Below, piece after piece: positions 23,954 through 36,779 of a stretch of 64,000 nucleotides of DNA. Source of the DNA: Azolla caroliniana (lineage: Eukaryota > Plantae > Polypodiophyta); NCBI GenBank assembly GCA_043228905.1, contig JBHGNT010000015.1:3348001-3412000 (forward strand), read 5' to 3'. The first letter of the stretch is position 1. The number at the start of each line of letters is the position of its first letter. Made by a program: the position numbers and the translations under genes. The notes under the pieces were generated by a model. That model worked only from the letters and a program-made list of their open reading frames with translations. It did no database searches and was not told where the DNA came from.

Positions 23954-26900
23954 CTCTCTGTCTCGCTCACTTCTTCCTTCTCTCGAAGAAGTTCCACACC
24001 TCTCATAGTACTAATCCTTCGTTTAGTACTAATTCCTTCTCCGTCTCAGTACTGTTCATGACAGTTTGAACCAATTTACCCTACCTTCTGTCTCTCTCAT
24101 TTCCTATTAATCTTTTATTCCTCTTTTCTTTCATCCCATGGCCACTGTTAGCGCTGAAGAATATCAATCTGTTTTCTCGGAATTTCAATGCTTGAAGGAG
24201 AAGTTCCATGCTTTGGAACAAGAAAACCAACGGTTGTTGGGGGATCTTCAGCAAATCTCCTTAGAAAAGCAGCAAACGCAACAACAACATGGGGAACTTG
24301 CGTTACGCGTGCAACAACTCGAAGCAACCATCATAGCGATGCAACAATAAGGGCCCAGAACACAAGGGATTCATAAAGAACCCAAGATTGGCCTTCCCAC
24401 GAAGTTCGATGGAACGCGATCGCAGTTTAGAGGGTTCCTTAACCAGGTACGATTAGTTATTCAAATGCATCCTTCCCGATATCCCACCGATGCATCACGA
24501 GTGGGTTTAGTAGGCACTTTGTTAAGTGGCTCAACGTTGTCATGGTTCGCTCCACTATTAGAAAAGGAATCTCCGTTACTCAACAATTTTGAAGAGTTTC
24601 TAGGTGAGTTTAAAGCCTGTTTCGGAGATACTGACAGCATCATGACCGCAATCAACAAAATCCGGCGATTATGCCAAGGTGACCGTCCAGCCTCCGCATA
24701 CGCTGCAGATTTTCGCCTACTCGCCGCTGATATCCCTTGGGATGATCAAGCGTTGATGGAGCAATTCCGTTATGGTTTACGCAACGACGTCAAGGATTTA
24801 CTATTGACCTTCCCCGAAGAGCCAAAGTCCTTAACAAAAGCAATCAGTCGTGCGGTGAGATGTGACAACCGCCTCTTTGAGCGACGTTCGGAACGACAGC
24901 TACAGATGCCGAGGGCAAGATCATAGCCCACCTACGCCTCAGTGGTAGCAAGACCTTTTCCGAGGGAGTCATATAATGCGCCTCCAGCGAATACTCCGAC
25001 TCCGATGGAGATTGACACTACACGTCGTCGAGGGCCATTATCCGAAGAAGAAAAGTAGCGACGCCGTACAATCGACTATGTCTTTACTGCGGTGGACCAG
25101 GACATATCGCAATAAATTGCCTCCATAGGCCAAGAAGACAGGTAAACCAAATAGTCGCTAGTTCTAATTGTACTAAATCCGAGCCTATTTCAGTAGGGAT
25201 ATCTGATAGTCCTAATAGTACTAATAGTACTAATATCCCAGATCTAGCAAACAAATTTGATGTCCTTAGTCAGTTAGAAGAAGAGTTAAACGACTAAGTC
25301 CAACCAAAATAGGAGCCGTTTGGTTGGACAGCCCTAGATCTGTGCAGCCCATTAGTGGTTCCATTCCCTCTAAGCAAGTTAGTGATGTGTTCGTAGCCCA
25401 AGTAATAGTTAGTACTAAAAGTACCCCTCCAGTACATGTCCTAGCACTCCTAGATTCCGGAGCTAACTCTTGCTTTATGGATAAGAAATTTGCTCAAGCT
25501 CATAAGATATCCCTAAGAAAACTCCAGTGTCCAGCCTCTGTAGTAGTCATTGATTGACGTCCCATTGCTTCCGGAAATATCATAGAAGAGTCAGAGCCCA
25601 TTAATATTGTCCTAGATAACTTAGCATGTGTAATATCATTTAATATTATTAGTATCCCAGAACATCCTATAGTTTTAGGATTACCGTGGTTCGAGTTACA
25701 TAACCTAGACATAGATTGGAGAACAAGAGAAATCCGGTGTCGACAAACCCAAGGGTCAACTCAGAAGATGGCAACCATTTCGCTATGTCAGTTGCGTAAA
25801 GAAGGGCACAAGGAGGAAATGTTCCTCTTTGCAATATCAGTAAACCCCTCCAGCACCACTAAAGAAGAATCCACCGTTCAACTTCCCGAGAAGTATCGTC
25901 ATTACGCCGATGTGTTCGATAAAGTACAAGCCAACACACTTCCTCATCATCGACCGTACGATTGCCCCATCGATTTACAACCGGGAAAAGAGCCGCCATG
26001 GGGACCGATCTACAATTTGTCACCAACCGAGCTGGAAGTCCTTCGGGCCTTATAGAGGAGAATTTGGAAAATGGTTTCATTCGGCATTCGAAATCTCCAG
26101 CCGGCGCGCCCATTTTCTTTGTCAAAAGAAAAGATGGATCGCTTCGTCTCGTTGTAGATTACCGTGGCTTGAATAAGGTTACAATCAGGAATAGGTATGC
26201 TCTTCCCCTTATCTCAAGTCTTTTAGAACAGATCAATGGTGCCAGGTTCTTCACGAAGATCGACTTACGAGGAGCATATAACCTCATACGGATCCGACTA
26301 GGAGACGAATGGAAGACCGCGTTTCGCACCAGATATGGGCACTTCGAGTATACGGTCATGCCGTTCGGCCTCACTAATTGTTGGGAGATAGGTCCCTCCG
26401 GATGGGAAGGGAGAAGAATAGTGAAGACCGGATGAGGAGTACCCGGCTACGGAGAGCCGGATGATACAGACCCGGTGAAGACCGGATGAGGAGTACCCGG
26501 CTACGGAGTCCGGATGAAGAGACATATTCGTAAATATGTTTTCTGAGAGTTCATCGAGGCTATATTTGTAAATAGCCGAAAAGTCATATTAGTATAAATA
26601 TGACTTAGGGCAAACTTTTAGTTATTGTTGTCATTTTCTGTTTTGCACGAGATTAGTGTGCGTAATTGTACAGAGAGAGAGAGGGAGAGAGAGAGAGAGA
26701 ACGAGGTCGTTGCCTCTATTGTAACCGCCGCCTGTGGCAAAGATTTGTGAGCACGAGGTCGGTGCCTTAGTGAACTCACTGTTGTATATTCCTACATAGT
26801 GACAGTTTGCAGCCTGTGGGCTGCCGTGGTTTTTCCCCTAGTTTGGGGTTTTCCACGTAAACCTCCTGTGTAACAAGCTCAACAAACACACAAGGTCTAC

Positions 26901-27854
26901 GTGGATCGTCATCGACTTCCATCCAGTTTTAATATTGGAGATCGGGTGTGGCTGCTACGACGACACATCAAGACTACTCGTCCATGTGAGAAGTTAGATT
27001 ATCGGCGATTAGGTCCTTTCCGTATTATTGGACAGATTAATGATGTCGCTTTTCGTCTCGATCTACCTCCTCAAATTCGGATACATCCGGTGTTTCATAG
27101 TTCTCTCCTCGAACCCTACCATGAGAGCACCATCCCAGGACGTCTTATCCAACCTCCACCCCCGATCGAGCTTGAAGATGGGCCGGAGTACGAGGTTGCC
27201 GCCATCCTTGATTCCAAGATTGTTCGCAACAAGCTCTACTATCTAGTCGATTGGCTAGGCTATAGCCCCAGCGAACGTAATTGGGAACCGATCGAGAATG
27301 TGACCAATGCTCGTGCTCTTCTTGAAGACTTCCATCGTCAATATCCACACAAACCAGGTCCTCAATCCAAGACGACTCGTGACACTCGTCGTTTTAAAGG
27401 GCGGATAGTGTCATGATATGGCAATACTCGAACCCATGACCTTAGGTTATATGGGTCGAGCTCTTGACCATTAGATCATCTATTGTAATACGTAAAATAT
27501 TATTTTCATTTACATTTTATTATAGGAAATTAGTGTATATTCCAGATTTCTCTGGAACATTCTAGAAGCTTCAGGATTACTCCTAAAAATACTATAAAAG
27601 AGGGCACTAGGCATTATGTTGAACCAAATTGGTTCAACGCCAGTCTTAAGCCTTTTAGCCACCATTGTATATTCTCTTCATATAATACATATCTTTCTTA
27701 TCATCACTCACTCTCTCTCTCTCTCTCTCTCAATCTCTCTCTTTCTCTCTGTCTCACTCACTTCTTCCTTCTCTCGAAGAAGTTCCACACCTCTCATAGT
27801 ACTAATCCTTCGTTTAGTACTAATTCCTTCTCTGTCTCAGTACTGTTCATGACA
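23618..27854 (+). mobile_element. Chromovirus Gypsy (Tcn1/sushi-like) with both 446-bp LTRs (23618-24063, 27409-27854), internally deleted
   Basis: TG..CA LTRs nearly identical; flanks GGGAG/TGGAG. gag LPTKFDG..RLCLYCGGPGH; protease LLDSGA; RT to VMPFGLTN; integrase end plus chromodomain EYEVAAILDS..YLVDWLGY; PPT 27396-27408. Confidence 0.95.
26379..26875 (+). mobile_element. Copia-type solo LTR (497 bp)
   Basis: TGTTGG..TAACA termini, TATAAATA, CCGTGGTTTTTCCC..GGGTTTTCCACGTAAA motif, internal tandem repeat at 26421-26520. Confidence 0.85.
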
Positions 27855-30800
27855 TGGAGCAAAACCGGCCGGAACAACAACTCTTGAGCCTTCCGGTCAC
27901 GACCACCGAGGCCCTCCCAGCGCCTCCACGCATAACAATGATGGATGAAAGCACCATCACCGACTCAATCCTGACGGTGCAGGCCAGTACACAAACGGAC
28001 TCGTTACAAATGGTCGATGCCTACACAACAACCGAGGCGCCCACACCCATGGAGAAGACCGAGATACCACCACCTCGTGCACCCAAGGAGGTGGCAACCC
28101 AGACAAAACCCCCGCTCCGGGATTACCGCGCGGAGCTTAAAGAAGAACAACGGCGAACCGAGAGACACGAACAACAACATCAAGAGGCGATGGCTCGCCT
28201 AAAAGAAGAAGCTTCCAAGCAGATGGCTGAGATTAGAGCCCAGGCCGACCAAAGGATACACGAGCAGAATGAAGCACTGGGTCTGGTACAAGAGCAAGCC
28301 GCGGGCAAAGAAGCCGAACTCAAAAGCAAGCTGGAGGAATACACAGCCACAGTGGTGAAGAAAGAGAAGGAGGTTCTAGACCTACAGGCCGCGCTCGACA
28401 ATGCGAAAGACTGGAACCATCGGCAGGAGGAAAGAAATCGCCAACGGGAGGAGAGGATGATCGCGGAGAATGCTGAGCTGAAGAGTCAGCGTACGACCCT
28501 TAAAGAAATGGCTGACAAGTTTTTCATCAAATGCAAGCTACTTTCGGAGCAAAAAGACGCATTATCGGATTCCTACTTCGCCCTACAAGAAGAGAGAATC
28601 GTCGAACGGGAACAAATCTGGGCCACGTGTCAAAAAGAACGGGAGCAAGCCACCGAAGAACTCACCAAGCGTTACGAGCAGGCTCTCCAGCTCGTAACCG
28701 CGGATGCAAAGAACACTCAAGCCATCTATGAGCTAAGAGCACAAAAGATTCAGGCCGAGGTCGACGACTTAAAACAAGAATTAGCAGCCATCCGAGCACA
28801 ACCCGGCATGGATGAGACACGCATCAGAATACTGATCGAGAAACAACGCCAGCACCTTACCAAAAAGGTCAAGGAAACATTAAGTCGCGCAGGAGACGAA
28901 TGGGCAGCCCAAGCTGCCGAATTGCATATTTTACGCGCCGACGCCGAGAATCGACGGAAGGAGGGCCGCGGCTTCTACAAAATGGACGAAGCTAGCATAC
29001 AAAACCTGCGTGTAGATTTAACCGAGGATTACTAGTCCTTGGCAAAATCTCACACCGCGGCAATCGAGCAAATAATGGAGGACTTCAATGACGGTCAGAT
29101 GCCGTTTCGCCTGGAAGCAGAAGCCTTCGAACAAGAACGACTCACAGCCATCCCCACCAACCCTCCAACGGCCACAGAGCAGAAGGAAGAACCTTCCAGC
29201 AAGGAGATCACGGACACGACATAGGAGGAACTTGCCCCGGCCAACAGACATACCATGGACACCCACACGGTACCAGATCCAGTCAAAGTAGAGGTCAGCG
29301 CCCTCGAACCCACACCCCCACCAGAAGAATCGGCCGCACCTGAGGCGGACGCCCGAGAAGATATGACACCCCCGGACCAAACTCAACCCCCCGCACCGAC
29401 AGTCCAACCAGACCACCCTGTCACCACCCCGGACCCCGAAAGCATCCTCGACATCTTAAAAGAGGAATGAAACGAGGATCACGCCTAAAAGGCAATTTTT
29501 GTAATATTGTTAGTATTTTGTAAGTCGTGGGTCTGACGAACAAGGTCCTATCCCATGGGCGTGCCAGGTGTTGTCCATGGGACAGAAATGTAAAATTAGG
29601 AAATTAGCAAACGCCGAGTCCAAGTATCACGGGCCACCGACGGCTCGGCTGTGTATTAGGGGAAAAGTTATTTAAACGAGGACCAATACCTCAGAGAGGG
29701 AGAGAAGAAAAATATAGGCGGAAGCACTAGCTTAGTCCCTCGTAACTAGGTAAACTTGTAAGGTCACCGGTCATAGGCCTTGTTCTATAATCTTTTCTGT
29801 CATATTAATAGATCTGATTTGTGCCCATTTTGCTCCATGAGTCTGTGCTTTGATCCATACCTATGAGTTCAACGCCGCCCACGTCTATCAAGACCTCGCT
29901 AGTGTTTTCTCTCTGAGCCCTATCTCTCTCTCGACGCCTCTGTTATGAGCCTTCACATACCACGCCCTTGAATACCGATAGCCGCAGATCTATCGAAGGT
30001 GTTCACCCAAAGGAACGGGTAACAATGGCAAAAGTTGTAAGTAGTCAATTGAAAAAGGTACTAGGGGACATTATACATACAACGCAAACTGGCTTCCTAG
30101 AAAACCGGAGCATTGTTGACAATGTGATAACTTTCTGGGAGTATTCAACATGGGCGGAGGAGCAACAAGTGGACCTGGCAATAATGTTACTCGACTTCGA
30201 AAAAGCATATGACAGGATCTCATGGGAATTCCTAGAAGCAGTGATGGATGCCCTAGGCTTCTAGCAACAATGGATCCTTGGAACGACTGCCTTTTACAGG
30301 GATGCTTCTAGCTTGGTTTTAATGGCTGGAAGCTTGGGGAAGAGCTTTAGGATGATACAATCGGTACGCCAAGGATGCCCATTGGCCCCATACCTATTCA
30401 TTATTGCAATAGAAGCTTTGCATTATCAGATTGTTGATATATATTGGCAAATACAAGGCCTTCCCCTACTCGAGGATGCAGGAATGATGCTTGATACAGA
30501 ATATGCTGATGATACAACAACTTACGTTAAGGGGGATGCAAACAACTTGGATAGAATGCAAAGTGCAATAAATGAGTTTTATAGGGGATCGAGTTCTAAA
30601 ATAAACTGGAATAAATCAGTAGGCATCTGGATTAGCAATAAGCCTGTGGTAAATTGGGCTCCATACCCTAATTTTTGATGGTTGAGGAGAGGAGAAGCTA
30701 CTAGATACTTGGGTTTCAAAACCGGGATGGACATTGATTGATCAGAACACTACAATCTACTTGTGGGCAAAATAAAAGCGAAGCTAATATCCAGTGGAAT

Positions 30801-33800
30801 GCAAGAAAGCTATCCTTTGCAGCCAAGATTGTGATTTCAAATTCGGTTCTAATGGCCACAATATGGCATACTATAACATGTTGGATAATCGCGCCCATGT
30901 CGATGAAAATGATACAAAATTTGATCATAAATTTCTTATGGGGGGGGGGGGGGGGGGGGGGCATAGAGGAAAAACATGCTCGTGCAAAGGCTGCATGGAC
31001 CACACTTATTAAAGATAAAAGTGAAGGTGGGGTGGGACTAATAGATCCTATGGTGCAAACGAAGGCCTTGCTAGGCAAATTGGTGGCTAGGAGCTTGCAA
31101 CCACCTGAGGCACCTTGGAAAATTCTTTGGTGACGCAGATGGAAGATGTGGTTGCCAAGACAAGGTGGAAGTTGGCCAAGTAGCGCTTTTTGGGGGTTTG
31201 TGCCAGAAATGCGATCCAAATACCGGGGATGTACATAGAGTATATGTGTTGTTGGAATTATGAAGGCGTGGCAAGGAATCAGAAAGGGAATCGTTTGTAG
31301 GTGGAGAAATGATGCATATGCCCGAATGTACATGCCTATTGCTTGGAACCCACTAATTAGAGACGTGGATGGGTTGACGATAGGACAAAAAATAGGCTTC
31401 AAATGGGCCAACTTAATCAATGCCCAAGGGAATACATTGGCAGATTGGAAGATATTTCTGTCTAATGATGTGGGCACTCAAAAGGCTAGAATATGGAGGA
31501 TAAACAGGGGTAAATGCATGCTAATGAGGATTACAAATGCCATTGCACGCAACAAGCAAACCTTGGAAGATGACGCTATAAGTCCCTCTGAAATTGAATG
31601 GCCAGGACTTATTGATGCTGAAAATTATTTAATTGGAATCTGATGAGGCATGCTACTACAAAATAGAGCATAGAATGGTAATATGTGAGCAACCAACCTA
31701 TCAAATTGAAAGTCCGATTAGGTTGCTTGCATAAAATGGAAAGGATATGATAGTTGACCCCAAGCCGAGTGAGATCAAACCAACGTTAATGTGTTGGCTG
31801 ATAGAAGGGCATTCAAATAAGCTATCACGGAACCCAACGATGTATTTTTGGAGAACTCAAGGACAAATTGATGGTACCAAGTTAGTTCAAATTTTCAGGT
31901 AAAACATGAAAATCGAGAGGCAAATTATACTAAAACAAGAACACAAAGATATTGCAGTGCGTAAATTTTGGATAGAAGAGGGTATTAGTGAAAGGAGATT
32001 AGCTAAATTCTGGAAAATGATATGGCATGACAGTGGCAACCACAAGATAATGATGTGCTTATGGCTTATTGTGCATAGCGCCTTGCCGGTGGGGGCGTGG
32101 GACAAAGGCCCCAATGTAGACCCTAGATGTAGTGCATGTGGACAACTAGAATGCATTTCCCATTGTCTATGGGAATGTCATGAGGCAACGACTATATGGC
32201 AAAGGGCATTACGATTGCTATGCCATGCCTCTAGTTCATTTACCTGCAAATGGGGACATGCTTGTTGGAATTGTCTTGATGATGATGAGGAGAAATTTGA
32301 TAGCACATGCAAAGCAATGTACAGAGGGGAGAATGGAACTATTCAATTGATCACCGATAACAATGCACCTACAATTAATGCCCAAAAGCAGAAAATTGGA
32401 GATCTATGGATGTTGCTTGCACCCATTATCATATGGAACATCTAGACAACAAGATGTACCAGGGTATTTTCAGCAAAGAAACAGCCTCTAGTAGAATCTA
32501 TTAAGCTAATATGGCACACATTAATAACTACATTGAGGGCCCAATATGAGCGGATTGATGGAATAGATGATGCTTCAGAATTAATGAGGCTGAATTTTAG
32601 AAAACGATGGTTTACTACACCGATGTTTGCAGAAATTAGAGTGGATATACGTTGGCAGTACATAGTACCCAGATGGTTGTTCTCCCCTCCCATTAGATGA
32701 TAGAGGGACGTGAATGACATGAGAAACATAGAGAACAAACATGTGGGCTATTGAGCGTAAGATAAATAAGTGATGTAGCCCATGTGGAAGTAGGTAATGA
32801 CTACTCGTTAAAGGAACTAAAGTTGTGTATTGTATGTCATTTTAACTAATGGAGTACATATTCTTATTTGGAAAATAAATAATCTCACAATGCAAATGTG
32901 CCAACATAACATTTATGTGAAATTGGACACTCATAATTAAAGGGATTATCTAATACAAGGTTGATTTTAACCTCTCTTTTGGAAGACAACAATATTTCTC
33001 CGAGATATTTGCATCCTCCTCCACTACAAACTTTATAAGATGCCAAGAGAGAAGACCAGACCAATCATCACATAAAACAAAGGGAGAGTAGTTATCTACG
33101 ACAACATCATTGAAGGCGTTTCTTGGATTTAACTAAAAATGCACGAGATGGGAGAAAGTACTCTCCAACCTTATTAAAGTGGTCGATGCATGTAAATTTT
33201 TGTCTTAAGTAAATAAAGGATGATGGGTCTTGAAAAAAGTATTGGTCGTTTGGGTTGGCTAGGGGAGTAGGTCCACGACTATATAATGAGCTATAGAATG
33301 AGATACTACAAACACTTTCATTGAATTGATTGACGACATTTTGATGGAATTTGGGAACTAATGTTGGAAGATCACAATTGAACTTTTTGTGTAATGCTCC
33401 TAAAAACTCAAGCATTTCATTTTTAGTAGAAACTCTATATATAGTACAAAATGTCATAAATGTCTTGGTTAACAATGGTAGAAATTCTAACACTTCTAAC
33501 ATAATTTCAGTATTTTTGGCGCTTGCTTTTTAACTTAGATTTTCCACTCTTGTCCAAAGGAGTCACAATTCTAGCATGAGTCCCAACCCTAAACCCTAAA
33601 TACTTCTATCATAATTTCGGTATTTATGGAACTTGCTTTTGTATCTTAGATTTCCAAGTCTCGTCCAAAGCAACAATTCATTTTTGTTGGAAGATCTGAC
33701 ATTTATAGAAAATGTCAAAGTGCCAAAAGTTTTTGAAAAGAATAGTGTTAGAAATTTTAGTGTTCTTATGTATCATAACATCAAACATATTTATATATTT

Positions 33801-36435
33801 GATTAAAGTATCAGAAAGTCCGATATTCACAAAACAATTCCATTCACTATCTTGTAATGTTCATTTTTCTGTTGTGAATCCTTGTAGTTCCGGGTGCGAC
33901 AATGTAAGCATCAATTTGTTCGAAAGAGACGAATATATAGATATATATAAATACAAAAAGTATATCATCAACTATGTTTGGGGGGTGCCATTACCCTAAT
34001 AGGGTGGCATGGCAAAAGAACGAACAAAAAACGAAAAAGAGAGATATACAATATACTATTTTTATTAATGAACCAGTGTAGTGATGTTGGAAATGCATAT
34101 GAAGATAAACTATAGGGAGGAAATATTTATATTAATGAGTGGGCGGTTAAGGGTTTGAGTCCAACTTTAACTATAGGAGAATAAGTGGGCGTTATGTTTG
34201 ACTTTTGCTAACATAAGGCACTAGAGGAAAAGTAGAGCATGCAAGTGGAAAAAAAGTGTTGTGCATGCTAAAATAAGAAAGCACTCACTAATTTTATTTG
34301 GGAGATAGCCCCTTGAATCGTATAAAAGGATGAAGAGAGCTTATTGTTTTGGAACCTCTTCTAAAATTGTGGAGAAGGGTTGTGAATCAAGAGAGTTTGC
34401 AAGATCAACAATGCCAACCGAAGACGTGGCCATCATTTGTTGAGGTGTTACACCAAAACTCGAGGATTTCCCCCCTGAAGCTCTATTCTTGATTCTTTTC
34501 TTGTTCATAAATAATGGACTATCAACCTATTATACTCCCTTTTTCTGCTTTACTACTCCATATAGAGGATCCAAGAAAATTGTCTCGTTGTATTTACACG
34601 TTCTCATGAAATTATTATTAATTATAAAATTTTACTATACTCTATATTTAAATTATCTTGTGTTGAAAATAATTGTTTAAACTAATCGTGATCAGGCAAG
34701 GAGCGTGTTGGGATTTTTGGCACGAAATTCTGAGCTCGGATGACAAAGTTACAAGAATTTGGTGAAATCGACATTTAGCATGTGACTAAGTCGTCTTGTT
34801 GGAAAACTCGTCTTGTCAATGCAAAGATTTCTACTCGAGAGACATGAAGAATTCTTCGGATTTTGATTCTGAGCATTGAGTGAGGCATTGCACACTTTCG
34901 CAATCTTATAGGTGATGGCCATCGAATCCACCATGCTGGTCGGAGTCGACGACACGTCTACCAAACGACACCTGATGATAGGGCCAGAGAAATATAATAC
35001 TTTTTTTATTACCTTTAGTGCCCCCCGACCATGGAGTCATATTCATAATTTTTGTTTTAAAAAAAACCTCTAATGGCCCCTTTGATGAGGCTATAATAAT
35101 AACAATAATATATAAATAAATAAATATAAAAAAATAATAAAGTAAAAGGGGAGCCAATGTTTAACTTGAACACATAGTTTGAGTCGAAGGCTCAACATTG
35201 ATGTGATGTGGCATGGTAGAAGGTAGAAAGTGGATAAAAAAGGGGTCTAATCACAACCACAAAAACATATGTACATATACATAGATTGACATATTCAGCC
35301 CCACGAATGCATACGAATACATGTAAATGTATTTGTTTTTTAAAAAAAAAAGCTGTTTTTTTCTGCGAGCGAGTGAACGAGTAGCAAGTGAGGAAGCCTC
35401 ACCCTACTCCCTCTGCATGATGCTTACACCCTCGCTTCCTTCTACATCCTGTTCTCAGCTAGAAAATTAGGGTTTTCAAGAGAAACCCTAATTTCAGTCA
35501 TAATCCTAATTTCGACCGTATTTTTTCTTTTTGGCATGTGTCCTCGACTCCCTCTCATGCTCTATGCTAATCCTACATCCCATTATCGGTTGCAAACTCA
35601 AGGTTTTACTGAAACTCGAAGTTTAGCCAAAGCCCTAATTAATTAATTAACTAATATTTTTCAATGAATGAATTAATGTTTAATGAGTTAAGTAATGTAT
35701 TAGTAAATTAATTAATAGTAAATTAATTATTATATTAGTGAATTAATTAATTATTGATGTAAGTGTGTATATGTATATATGTATGTGTGTATATACATAT
35801 ATGCAAACGGATAGTTTTATAATATTCTTGGGGCCATTGTCTATTCTCAAATATCACGGAATTTGTAGAATATTTTAAATATCACGTGCGTATCAATTTA
35901 TGTATGTATATATAAAAAGATATAGATAATAAATAAAGGTGAATCACCTAGTGATTAGAGCTATTGGTTAAGTATAAGAGTTGCAAAGTTTGAATCTCTA
36001 CTAGCTTGCATTAAAGAATCATTAGTTTTTGTATTTTCAAATAAAAAAAGAATAAATGCATTTAATGCTTAAAATTGGCACCTCCTTTATAAAAAGAGGA
36101 GAAGGGGGCTTACTTCTTTCGCTCATTTTGTGTTTTGGAGTGCGTTATTAGGGTTTTATGAGATTCTTTTTAATCTTCTTCATCTCCACTTACTTGGGTG
36201 TTTAGGGTTTCCTTGTCCTTCTTCTTCATCTTCTCAATATACTTGAGATTTAAGGTTTTTCGTTTTCACGAGAGTTTAGGTTCTTTCTTCTTCTTGTTAT
36301 TTTTTTCTTATGCAAGAGTTTTGGGTTTGGGATTGAAACCGTTTAGGGTTCGTCTCACTCAAAAAGGCATAAGGAACCACCTCAACAATGAAAGTGGCGT
36401 AATCATTGATCGTACATGACCCCCTTATCGAAGAG

Positions 36436-36640
36436 TGTTACGGGCATGACCATAAATTATCCCATGGTAAGATTGCACTGTAGTATTCAATACACGTGGA
36501 TAAAATGTGAGGGTTAAACGAGAGTGTAAAGAAGGATGATTACTTTTAATTCTAGGAATTGGGATAATCCATAAGGGTCAAGTGTGAACTTACTTGGGGG
36601 CCTCAGGTCTGGCTATAAATATGAGGGTTAGGTTCCCTCA
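36436..36640 (+). mobile_element. Partial LTR related to the LTR at 6788
   Basis: TGTTACGGGCATGACCATAAATTATCCC..CTATAAAT is colinear with 6788-6975. Confidence 0.7.
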
Positions 36641-36779
36641 TTATGACATCAATTGACTACGTCAAGACTATACTTAAGTGGTGATCAAACTCTTGTGGCG
36701 AGCGCGCCAGTACCAAGTACGACTTGATGCAACAACGGTGGTATGGGACACCGATCAAGGCTGGAGTCCGTCTCGATCC

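Larger units (their letters stand above)
22147..29470 (+). pseudogene. Extra 3' ORF of the Athila-like element (~1000 codons: globular N-terminus, Pro-rich linker, long coiled coil), interrupted by the chromovirus
   Basis: ORF pieces at 22198 and 23161 share a frame; pieces at 27854, 29039 and 29255 share a frame. They are separated by TAG/TGA stops and one 1-nt shift near the insertion. Confidence 0.7.
18450..30024 (+). mobile_element. 5'-truncated non-chromovirus Gypsy (Athila/OTA-like): pol RT-RH-INT 18505-21621, extra 3' ORF, probable 3' LTR ending 30024
   Basis: WLSPIVVVPKKNG, FLDGFNGYNQI, VFLDD, FVDASD, WGLDFVGP, YYPQANG in Gypsy order, with several stops and frameshifts. Ends ..GGTAACA at the L1 junction. 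LTR start uncertain (~29589). Confidence 0.88.
16959..32880 (+). mobile_element. L1 LINE split by nested LTR elements: 5' part 16959-~18445, 3' part 30025-32880
   Basis: 13-bp TSD AATCTCACAATGC at 16946-16958 and 32881-32893. ORF1 zinc knuckle CFVCRQMGHMAREC. ORF2 endonuclease start MNLSLLTWNIQRIG at 18368. RT motifs LDFEKAYD, QGCPLAP, YADD; zf-RVT CSACGQLECISHCLWEC; short A-rich tail. Confidence 0.9.

Noticed and set aside
25280-25300. -1 frameshift site between chromovirus gag and pol
   Set aside because: GTTAAAC is only an imperfect slippery heptamer in a mutated copy.
26421-26520. CRISPR-like repeat-spacer pattern
   Set aside because: Two-copy tandem repeat inside a eukaryotic LTR; no cas genes.
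33107-33502. 131-aa minus-strand ORF
   Set aside because: No recognisable domain or splice context.
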